Of a DNA stretch of 36,202 nucleotides, positions 8,673 to 16,307 are shown piece after piece. The stretch spans positions 1-36,202 of IMG/VR virus record IMGVR_UViG_3300046050_000095. One strand, given 5' to 3'. The notes beneath the pieces were generated by a model. That model was not told the DNA's origin. It saw only the letters and a program-made list of their open reading frames with translations, and did not search any database. Position 1 is the first letter of the stretch. Each line of letters starts with the position of its first letter. A program made the position numbers and the translations under genes. Source of the stretch: a virus. Its lineage: Duplodnaviria > Caudoviricetes.

Positions 8673-8977
8673 AATGGTTTCAGGAATACGTGTCGGCATG
8701 GGCGGAGGAGACCTTCCCCGAGGCCACGCGGGAGAGCGTGGCGCATCACTTGGCCGAGGAGGTGACGGAGCTGCACGACGCGGCGCTCGCCGGCGAGCGC
8801 GAGGCGCTTCCGGGCGAGGCGGCCGACTGCCTACTTCTTCTGTTGCACCTGGCCGAGCAGGAGGGCTTCGACCTCCTCGACGCGGCCCGCACAAAGCACG
8901 ACATCAACCGGCGGCGCGAGTGGGGCGAGCCGGACGTAAGCGGCGTCTCGCATCATCTCGGCGACGATTGCTCTTGA
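8669..8977 (+). CDS. MazG-superfamily NTP pyrophosphatase (DUF550/dATP-dGTP pyrophosphohydrolase-like)
   Basis: WAEETFP...HLAEEVTEL...EAADCLLLL...KHDINRRREW; ExxE and ExxD metal-binding motifs. Confidence 0.85.
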   Translation: MKWFQEYVSAWAEETFPEATRESVAHHLAEEVTELHDAALAGEREALPGEAADCLLLLLHLAEQEGFDLLDAARTKHDINRRREWGEPDVSGVSHHLGDDCS

Positions 8978-9023
8978 CGGTAGAGGGGGACCCCTTTCAA
9001 CCAACCCAACTGATTTTTAAACG

Positions 9024-9566
9024 ATGAGTAAAGCCGCCTCAAAAGCTGATGACGAAGCCTTCCTGAGGGGCCTCACGCAGGAGCAGTCCGCGCGGCGCAA
9101 GCGCGACCTCGCGGCGATCCACACGGCCAAGCGTAAGCTGGGCCTCGCGGACGGTCAGTACCGCGACCTGCTGGAGGCGTGGACGGGACGGCGCTCGGCG
9201 AAGTACATGCGCGCGAAGGAGCGTGGGGACGTCATCGAGAACTTCCGCAAGATGGGGTTCGAGAAGAAGGGCGAGCAAGGCGACGACGCGGCGCCTGAGG
9301 AGCCGGACGACGAGGGGCGCCCGCTCCCGCCGGAGGCCGCCCGGGCGGACGCGGTAGAGCAGGCGCAGCACAAGAAGATCGTACATCTTTGGCGGGCGCT
9401 CTACCAGGCGGGCCAGATCGACGACCCCACGATGAGCGCGCTGTGCAGCTTCTGCACGCGCCAGACGGGCATCCAGCACGTGCGCTGGCTGCCGCCCCGA
9501 GACGCAAATACCGTCATCGAGTCCCTCAAACAATGGATTCAGAGAGAAAAGACGACCCGGAATTAG
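9024..9566 (+). CDS. gemA: GemA/gp16-family regulatory protein
   Basis: LAAIHTAKRKLGLADGQYRDLLEAWTGRRSAK...KKIVHLW...ALCSFCTRQTG...WL...VIESLKQW. Confidence 0.9.
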   Translation: MSKAASKADDEAFLRGLTQEQSARRKRDLAAIHTAKRKLGLADGQYRDLLEAWTGRRSAKYMRAKERGDVIENFRKMGFEKKGEQGDDAAPEEPDDEGRPLPPEAARADAVEQAQHKKIVHLWRALYQAGQIDDPTMSALCSFCTRQTGIQHVRWLPPRDANTVIESLKQWIQREKTTRN

Positions 9567-9883
9567 GCGACGCGCCTGGCGCGGACCCCCTCGGCGAGGA
9601 GCGGATCGACGTGTGGGAGGCTTTCTGGTCGCAGGCCGAGCCGGAGGACCTGCCCGACGAGCTGGGCGAAATCGCGCTGGACCGCGGTATGGGCGTGGCG
9701 CGCTACCTGGCCGAGCGCTGGTCGGGCGCGCAGCCCTACATCAAGTCGAAGTCTACGATCATCCGCGACTTCGTGCGCGAGCGCGTCGAGGAGGAGTTTA
9801 CGGGCTTCAACGCCGGCGCGCTGGCGGAGCGCTACGGCATCGACCGCCAGCAAGTCTTTCGCATCCTGCGAGGTGACGCATGA
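9533..9883 (+). CDS. mor: Mor/C-family transcription activator
   Basis: LAERWSGAQPYI...EEFTGFNAGALAERYGIDRQQVFRIL; overlaps the gemA end; start ATG 9533. Confidence 0.85.
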   Translation: MDSERKDDPELGDAPGADPLGEERIDVWEAFWSQAEPEDLPDELGEIALDRGMGVARYLAERWSGAQPYIKSKSTIIRDFVRERVEEEFTGFNAGALAERYGIDRQQVFRILRGDA

Positions 9884-10110
9884 CCCACCCCATTCCTTGG
9901 ACGCCCTACTTCGGGCACTACCACAAGATCGAGTACGACGTGCAGCTCGCCTCCGGCGAGGTGGTGCGTCGGTGCTGGCCCAATGGCGGCGATTTCCACG
10001 GCTTCGGTGGGCGCGTCGTGAGCGGGGACGAGGTGGAGGCGGTGCGGCCGTGGCTGCCGGAGGCGTTCCTCGCAAAATGTTCTGCAACGGATGCTCAAGA
10101 GGTGCACTGA
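9880..10110 (+). CDS. Hypothetical protein
   Basis: 76 aa, translationally coupled on both sides (ATGA and TGATG). Confidence 0.7.
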   Translation: MTHPIPWTPYFGHYHKIEYDVQLASGEVVRRCWPNGGDFHGFGGRVVSGDEVEAVRPWLPEAFLAKCSATDAQEVH

Positions 10111-10775
10111 TGGAAGACTACCGCTACGTCTACACCGGGTCGAAGCCGGCCGAGCGGCTGGCGGAGGCGGGCTTCGACGTAGAGCTGCGCAAGGGGGAGC
10201 GCTGCGCCCCCGTGCGGCGGCCCGACGGGCGCGTCGTGCGTTCTACCGACGCGGGCGTTGCCAATGCGCTCGTGGACTTCGAGTATGGGGGGCGCGAGAC
10301 GGTGAGCCCGCGGCGGCTGCGGCTGTTGCGCAAGTGTCGGAAAACGTTTCTGGTGGCCTGTTCGAAGGGCAAGCGCGAGGGCACGCACATGGCGGCGGAC
10401 CTCTACACCGGCGATCTCTTCCAGAAGAGCCGGGCGTACGTCGAGGAGCGGAGGACGATTTCGAGCCGTTGGTTCATCCTGAGCGCCAAGCACGGCGCGC
10501 TGCCGCCGCACGAGCCGCTCACTTCCTACGACCGGGCGCTCCGCGACTGCTCGGCGGCCGAGCGGCGGGCGTGGGCGAGCGAGCTGGCGGAGCAGCTCCT
10601 GCGCTGGACGACGCGGCGCAACTACTTCGTCGTGCTGGCCGGGCGGCTCTACCGCGAGCACCTGCTCCCGAAGCTGCGGGCGGCGGGGCACCCGTGCTCG
10701 TTGCCACTGGCGGGGATGGGGATCGGAGAGCAGAAACGCTGGCTTCTCGACCATACTAACGGTACCGACCGATGA
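10110..10775 (+). CDS. DUF6884-like protein with an extra N-terminal small beta domain
   Basis: LVACSKGK...AADLYTGDLF...WFILSAKHG...YD...LAGRLY...PLAGMGIGEQKRWL; start ATG 10110. Confidence 0.75.
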   Translation: MEDYRYVYTGSKPAERLAEAGFDVELRKGERCAPVRRPDGRVVRSTDAGVANALVDFEYGGRETVSPRRLRLLRKCRKTFLVACSKGKREGTHMAADLYTGDLFQKSRAYVEERRTISSRWFILSAKHGALPPHEPLTSYDRALRDCSAAERRAWASELAEQLLRWTTRRNYFVVLAGRLYREHLLPKLRAAGHPCSLPLAGMGIGEQKRWLLDHTNGTDR

Positions 10776-10960
10776 CCGACTACCCTGTTCTCACGCCAGA
10801 CGACCGGATGCCCTTCGGGCAGTACGAGGGCGACCCCGTCTGGCAAGTGATCCAAAACGACCACGAATACGTCACCTGGCTCATCTACGAGGCAGGCGTG
10901 GACTTCGAGCTCGACGACAAAGCCTACGAAATATACCTCGCCGTCAAAGGACCCGATTAA
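10772..10960 (+). CDS. Small DUF3820/ExoX-C-terminal-like protein
   Basis: MPFGQYEG...V...D.EYVTWL motif; ATGA-coupled. Confidence 0.75.
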   Translation: MTDYPVLTPDDRMPFGQYEGDPVWQVIQNDHEYVTWLIYEAGVDFELDDKAYEIYLAVKGPD

Positions 10961-11047
10961 GCAGAATGACATAGTTCAGCCGCGGTTCGCCGTCGGCTGC
11001 AACGACGGATTCTGTGTACCGCTATTTTCTCAAACTCGTACAAGACG

Positions 11048-11464
11048 ATGAAAGACATTGTAGTCACGACGCCGAAAACGAGAATGGAAGCAGCTGCTCG
11101 CGAGGCGAAAGAGGCGCGCGAGACGATACAGGCGGGCGGCGAAAGTTGGTATTTTCGCAATCTCGGCAAAGGCAAGCCGAAACACTTTTTCGAGGGCGGG
11201 CGCGTCTACTACGTCGAAGACGGTTGGGTGAGAGGATTTGCGAAATGCTTTGCACTCACACCCGACCCGAAGGGCAAAACGTGCGTGACGACAGGGCAGC
11301 GATTCAAGCCCGGCTGGTACGCCTGTATGGACCCGAAAAGTTGGACGTGGATTCTGCCGATTGAGATGGAGGGCTTTCAGGGCTGGCGGTACTGGAAGGT
11401 GCACCCGCGGAAAATCTCGCCGGCTGGTGGGTGGCTTGCTCCGAAACCCGACGTGCCGGAATGA
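11048..11464 (+). CDS. Putative ASCH/PUA-like protein
   Basis: GGRVYYVEDGWVRGFA strand pattern and C-terminal PIEMEGFQGWRY; more AT-rich codons than its neighbours. Confidence 0.55.
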   Translation: MKDIVVTTPKTRMEAAAREAKEARETIQAGGESWYFRNLGKGKPKHFFEGGRVYYVEDGWVRGFAKCFALTPDPKGKTCVTTGQRFKPGWYACMDPKSWTWILPIEMEGFQGWRYWKVHPRKISPAGGWLAPKPDVPE

Positions 11465-11562
11465 AGGCGACAGACAGGCCACCAACGCCCGCCCGGTACA
11501 CAGAATCGCAAGCTCTGCGGCGGCTCGCCGTCCGCAGCAGCGGAGGTTCTCTCGCGCGCGGC

Positions 11563-11606
11563 TATGTAAAACTTTTTTAGGGCTGCCGTACTTCGCGCGC
11601 TACAAT
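11563..11606 (+). promoter_or_regulatory. Late promoter 1 (lysis/head operon): TATGTAAAACTTTTTTAGG-N19-TACAAT
   Basis: 19-bp motif identical to 20532-20550, with the same spacing to a -10-like hexamer. Confidence 0.75.
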
Positions 11607-11666
11607 GGGCACTCCCCGGCGACGAGCATCGCCGAGGGGTGCCTTTCCTTGTTCGCGCCTGTGGCC

Positions 11667-13016
11667 ATGCGCCTCGCCGACTCCATCATTTACCGCGACC
11701 GCGTGAGCGCCCGCTTCGCCGAGGCGCTGGTGGCGATGTGCGGGCGCCTCGGCGTGAACCCCGATTACATGATGGCCTGCGTGGCCTTCGAGACGGGCGG
11801 GACCTTCGACCCGGGCATTACCAACGGCGACGTCGTCGTCTGGACCGACGGCGAGCCGGGCGGGGACTACCGCCTGCGCCGCCGGCCGGGCAGCTCGGGG
11901 ACGGGCCTCATTCAGTTCATGGCGCGCACGGCCCGCGGGCTGGGCACGACGACCGGCGCGCTCGCGGAGATGACGGCGACCGAGCAACTGGCGTGGGTCG
12001 AGAAGTACTTCCGACCCCACGCCGGAAAGCTACGCTCGCCCGAAGACGTCTACATGGCGATTCTCTGCCCGCGGGCCGTCGGCCGCCCGCTGGGTACGGT
12101 CATCTATACCGACTCGAATGCCTACCGCGCCAACATTGGCCTCGACGCCAACGAGGACGGCGCGATCACGAAGCGCGAGGCGAGCCGCCCCGTGCGCCGC
12201 CTCTACGAGCAAGGGCTGGACGCCCGGCGAAGCCGGGACGCGTCCGGGTTGCGCCGCACGCCGCTCGAAATGCTCGACCCGGCTCCGCCGGTGCCGCTCG
12301 ACGCGCCCAGCCCGCTCGACGCGCTCGACTTTGCAGCCCCCTCTTTTCCGTCGAACACTCGTTCCGCAAACCCCACCCACGCCGTGACCCAGAAGACCAA
12401 GCTCAACCGCTCTTCCGCCGAAGACATCCAGTCCGGCGGCGTCTCTTCCGAAAATGCCGAAGCCGGCATCAAGGAAACCCTCGAAGTCGGCGAGTTCCTC
12501 GAGACGTTCGTCGTCGGCCTCGTCGAGCGCGTGCGCGACGGCATCGGCCCGTCCGACGCGGTGATGCTCGTTCTCGACGAGGACATCCGCTCCGGCGCGA
12601 TGGAGGCGGTCGCCGGCCTCGGCGACGTGCCCGGCGAGGTGCTGGGGATCGACCCGGCGGAGCTGGACGCGGTCGTCGGGCGCTTCGAGCAGGCGGGGTT
12701 CACCATCGCGCGCGCCTTCATCGGCGACGCGGACGGGGAAGAGACGGCCGGCATCGAAGAGATTCTGGACGTGCTCGACTTCGCCGAGCAGTTTCTGTTT
12801 TTCGTGGTCGAGTCGCTCAAGGACGGCGTGCAGCTCTCCGATGCTGTGGAGCTGGCGCGGGATGCGGCGCTTCAGGAGGCGGCGCTCGACGCGGTGGAGG
12901 GGGCCGCGCGCATCCCCGTGGAGGCGGCGGACCTGGGGCTCGACGAGATCGAGCAGCTGACCGGGCGTGTGCGCTCGATGGGCTTTCGCTTCTACCAGGC
13001 AGTGTTGCGGGAGTAA
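11667..13016 (+). CDS. Endolysin (SLT/lysozyme-like transglycosylase) fused to a duplicated acidic helical domain
   Basis: MACVAFETGGTFDP (catalytic Glu), GLIQFM, EQLAWVEKYF, DVYMAIL, EF-hand-like LDANEDGAITKRE; Pro-rich linker; two ~95-aa repeats. Start ATG 11667. Confidence 0.85.
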   Translation: MRLADSIIYRDRVSARFAEALVAMCGRLGVNPDYMMACVAFETGGTFDPGITNGDVVVWTDGEPGGDYRLRRRPGSSGTGLIQFMARTARGLGTTTGALAEMTATEQLAWVEKYFRPHAGKLRSPEDVYMAILCPRAVGRPLGTVIYTDSNAYRANIGLDANEDGAITKREASRPVRRLYEQGLDARRSRDASGLRRTPLEMLDPAPPVPLDAPSPLDALDFAAPSFPSNTRSANPTHAVTQKTKLNRSSAEDIQSGGVSSENAEAGIKETLEVGEFLETFVVGLVERVRDGIGPSDAVMLVLDEDIRSGAMEAVAGLGDVPGEVLGIDPAELDAVVGRFEQAGFTIARAFIGDADGEETAGIEEILDVLDFAEQFLFFVVESLKDGVQLSDAVELARDAALQEAALDAVEGAARIPVEAADLGLDEIEQLTGRVRSMGFRFYQAVLRE

Positions 13017-13068
13017 AACCGGGCGCTCGCGTTTCGCTGTTCTGCCGCTCCTTCTTGGCCCCGTACTT

Positions 13069-13491
13069 GTGTTCAACTGGCAAGCGATCGTCGCGCTGAC
13101 GGGGATACTCTTCTTCTGCTGCGGGACGCTTTTCGGGGCCATCAAGTGGCTCATCGACAAGAACATCCATCAGCTCCAGGAGCGCTTCGAGAAGCTCAAC
13201 CTCAAGATCGAGCGCGTCGAGAAGCGCTTGCAGGATCGCCAGGAGGAGATGGCGCTCAAGATGGACCAGCGTGAGCAGCGCTTCGACCGACTCAAGGAAG
13301 ACTTCGCGGACTTTCGCCTCGACGTCGAGCGCGAGAAGGTCGATCACGACGACTGGGTGCGCGTGGAGGGCGGGCAGAACATCATGCTTCAGCGCATCTC
13401 CGACCAGATCAGCGAGCTGGCCGTGGAGATCGGCTCGCAGGAGACCGTGGCCGACCAGGGGGCGCCGTTCCCCGACTCGGCGCATCCCTGA
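13069..13491 (+). CDS. Single-TM coiled-coil protein (Mu gp25 position; possible lysis accessory)
   Basis: AIVALTGILFFCCGTLFGAIKWLI followed by a long coiled coil; probable GTG start 13069. Confidence 0.7.
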   Translation: MFNWQAIVALTGILFFCCGTLFGAIKWLIDKNIHQLQERFEKLNLKIERVEKRLQDRQEEMALKMDQREQRFDRLKEDFADFRLDVEREKVDHDDWVRVEGGQNIMLQRISDQISELAVEIGSQETVADQGAPFPDSAHP

Positions 13492-13549
13492 CGCGGCCCG
13501 CGCCCGACCTTTCCCGATTCGCATTTCCCAGACCGACCGTTCCCGCTCC

Positions 13550-13867
13550 ATGCCTGGCAGCCGGCTCGAAAAGCACCGCCGCGAACAAATCCGCGCCTCC
13601 ATTTTGATCGTGCTCGATGTGGCCCGCCCCGTGGCCACGGGCGAGCGCACGGTGCACTCGGCGCTCGGTGACGTGGACGATTACGTCGGGCAGGGTGAGC
13701 TGCGGCGCGCGCTGAAGTACCTGGAGGACAAATCCCTCGTCGAGATCGACGAGGACAACCCGCACCAGTGGAAGCTCATGCTCACCTCGAAGGGCGTCGA
13801 CGTGGTGCAGAAGACGCGCGACCTGCCGCCCGGCATCGGCTCTATCGACCTGGACACGATGAAGTAA
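13550..13867 (+). CDS. Mu gp26-like winged-helix protein
   Basis: IRASILIVL...LRRALKYLEDKSLV...LTSKGVDVV; directly before the small terminase. Confidence 0.8.
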   Translation: MPGSRLEKHRREQIRASILIVLDVARPVATGERTVHSALGDVDDYVGQGELRRALKYLEDKSLVEIDEDNPHQWKLMLTSKGVDVVQKTRDLPPGIGSIDLDTMK

Positions 13868-13892
13868 GTGCCCGCGCACAAGTTTGCGGGCA

Positions 13893-13927
13893 GGACGGCG
13901 GACCGTGGACGGAGGACGGCGGACGCG
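13893..13927 (+). repeat. Five degenerate GGACNNN heptamers between two hairpins
   Basis: GGACGGC GGACCGT GGACGGA GGACGGC GGACGCG. Confidence 0.7.
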
Positions 13928-14021
13928 AGATCGGTCTCGCCCATCGTTTTCCGCCTATCGTTCCGCTGGTTAAATACGCGATAACTTTTGCACCGGCAAG
14001 AAGCTTTTCCCCTCCGCTACC

Positions 14022-14543
14022 ATGCCGCGTCCCTCGAAAGTCGAGCAGTTGCCGCAGGAGCTCCGCGAGGAGCTGGACGAGCGTCTGGTGGACCGGGGCT
14101 TTAGCGGATACGAGGAGCTGGCCGAGTGGCTGGAGGAGAACGGGCACGCGATCTCGAAGAGCAGCCTCGGGCGCTACGGCAAGGGCTTCAAGGAGCGCCT
14201 GGCGAACCTGCGCGTGGCCAGCGCGCAGGCCAAGGAGATCGTCTCCGCGATGGGCGACGACGAGGGCGCGATGGGGGAGGCGCTCACCTCGCTTGCGCAG
14301 GAGAAGGCGTTCCAAGTGCTGATGGACATGCAGGCGGGCGAGCAAGACGTGCCCATCGACCGGCTGATGAAGAGCATCGCGAAGCTGGGCTCGACGGACG
14401 TGCAGCAGAAAAGCTTTCGCATCGAGGTGCAGGAGCGCGCCGAGGAGGCCGCGCAGGAAACGGAGGAAGTGCTGCGGGAGGAGGGCCTCAGCGACGACGT
14501 GGCCGAGGGCATCCGCGACAAGATTTTGGGCATCACCGAGTAA
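14022..14543 (+). CDS. terS: Terminase small subunit (Mu gp27/DUF3486-like)
   Basis: MPRPSKVEQLP...Y.ELAEWL...ISKSSLGRY...GLS...IRDKILG. Confidence 0.92.
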   Translation: MPRPSKVEQLPQELREELDERLVDRGFSGYEELAEWLEENGHAISKSSLGRYGKGFKERLANLRVASAQAKEIVSAMGDDEGAMGEALTSLAQEKAFQVLMDMQAGEQDVPIDRLMKSIAKLGSTDVQQKSFRIEVQERAEEAAQETEEVLREEGLSDDVAEGIRDKILGITE

Positions 14544-14553
14544 CGGCTCTTTT

Positions 14554-16236
14554 ATGGCGCGCCGGCAGCCGGTACCGGACGAGCAGGACCCCGCTCTCGC
14601 GTTCGACGCGGAGGGGGCCGAGGAGCGCCTGGAAGAGGCGGCGGCGGGCGCGCCGGATGCGATCCTGCTCCCGTACCAGCAGGCGTGGGTCAGCGACGAC
14701 GCGCCGGTGAAAGTGCACGAAAAGAGCCGCCGCATCGGGATCAGCTGGGCGGAGGCGGCCGACGCGGCGCTCTACGCTTCGCGCTCGAATGGGGCGAGCG
14801 TCTACTACATGGCGTACAACCAAGACATGACGCGCGGCTTCGTGGAGGACGTGGCGTGGTGGGCCGGCTGGTTCGACATGGCGGCCTCAGCGGTGCAGGA
14901 GCGCGAGGAGGTCTTTCAGGACGGCGACAAGGAGCGCTCGGTCAAGGTCTTTCAGGTCGAGTTCGACAGCGGAAACGTCGTGCAGGCGCTCTCCTCGAAC
15001 CCGCGCAACCTGCGCTCGAAGGGGGCGCCGGGCGAGCGCGTCATCTTTGACGAGTATGCGTTTCACGATCATCAGGGCGAGCTGCTGAAAGCGGGCATGG
15101 CCTTCCTCACGTGGGGCGGGCAGGTGCGCGTGATCTCCACGCACAACGGCGTCGAGAACGACTTCAACCAGATCATCCAGGACGCCCGGGCGGGGCGCAA
15201 CCCGTACAGCGTGCACCGAGTCACCTTCGAGGACGCGATCGAGCAGGGGCTGTACCGGCGCATCTGTCTGATGAAGGGGGAGGACTGGAGCCTCCAGAAG
15301 GAAGTGGAGTGGGAGGCGTCGATCCGCGAGTTCTACGGCGACGACGCCGACGAAGAACTCGACGTGATCCCGCAGCGTTCGGGCGGGCGCTTTTTCAGCC
15401 GCGTCCTGGTCGAAAGCGTGACGGACGAGGACATTCCCGTCTGTCGGCTCCAGCTGGAGGACGACTTCGCGATGAAGCCCGACCGCGAGCGGGCGACGGC
15501 GGTGGCCGAGTGGCTGCGCCGCGAGGTGGAGCCGGTCATAGGCGAGGCGGTGGCGCCCGGCTTGGCGAGCGTGATGGGGGCGGACTTCGGGCGGCACGCG
15601 GACCTGTCGGTTTTCTGGCCGGGGCAGGTGCAGAGCAATCTGACGCGGCGCGTGCTCTGCTCGGTCGAACTGTCGAATGTGCCGTTTCGCGAGCAGGAGC
15701 TCATCCTCGAGTATCTGCTGGGGCATCTGCCGCGCCTGCGGCACGTCTCGCTTGACGCGGGCGGGCTGGGGATGCAGCTGGCCGAGCGGGCCGCGCAGCT
15801 CGTCGGCTGGGTGCGCACGTCGCAGATCAAGATTGACAAGGGGTTTTACCAGGAGAACTTCCCGCGCTACAAGAGCGGCATCGAGGACGGAAAGATTCTG
15901 CTTCCGGCCTCGGCCGACGTGGTCGGCGACCACATGGACGTGGTGCGCGAGCGGGGCGTGCCGAAGGTGCCGGCGCAGCGCCAACGGCAGGGCGAGAAGG
16001 GGGAGGGGCGCCACGGCGACGCGGCCATCGCGGGGCTGATGCTGTGGCACGCATCGGAGCAGGAGGGCGCGCCGCTGGAGGAGTGGGAGAGCACCGGCGC
16101 CCGCGCGACGACGGGGGCCATGCAGGACTTCGCCGAGGGCGGGCGGCAGCGATTGGGCTTCGGAGAGGAGGGCACGATCGAGCGCGGCTGGGGAACGGTG
16201 AGCGGGCCGCTCGAAGGGATGCAGGGGTTTGCGTAA
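14554..16236 (+). CDS. terL: Terminase large subunit (Mu gp28-like)
   Basis: LLPYQQAW, EKSRRIGISW, VIFDEYAF, ISTHNG, GADFGR, LDAGGLG, HGDAAIA. Confidence 0.95.
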   Translation: MARRQPVPDEQDPALAFDAEGAEERLEEAAAGAPDAILLPYQQAWVSDDAPVKVHEKSRRIGISWAEAADAALYASRSNGASVYYMAYNQDMTRGFVEDVAWWAGWFDMAASAVQEREEVFQDGDKERSVKVFQVEFDSGNVVQALSSNPRNLRSKGAPGERVIFDEYAFHDHQGELLKAGMAFLTWGGQVRVISTHNGVENDFNQIIQDARAGRNPYSVHRVTFEDAIEQGLYRRICLMKGEDWSLQKEVEWEASIREFYGDDADEELDVIPQRSGGRFFSRVLVESVTDEDIPVCRLQLEDDFAMKPDRERATAVAEWLRREVEPVIGEAVAPGLASVMGADFGRHADLSVFWPGQVQSNLTRRVLCSVELSNVPFREQELILEYLLGHLPRLRHVSLDAGGLGMQLAERAAQLVGWVRTSQIKIDKGFYQENFPRYKSGIEDGKILLPASADVVGDHMDVVRERGVPKVPAQRQRQGEKGEGRHGDAAIAGLMLWHASEQEGAPLEEWESTGARATTGAMQDFAEGGRQRLGFGEEGTIERGWGTVSGPLEGMQGFA

Positions 16237-16307
16237 TGCAGCTTCAAAGAGATGCGTCTTCCTGATGAGTGGGAAACGGCCAGCACGTTTAAGCACCCCG
16301 TAAGCGA

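Noticed and set aside
13893-13927. Possible mini-CRISPR or DGR repeat
   Set aside because: Repeats are 7 bp with no spacers; no cas or reverse transcriptase gene is seen in the window.
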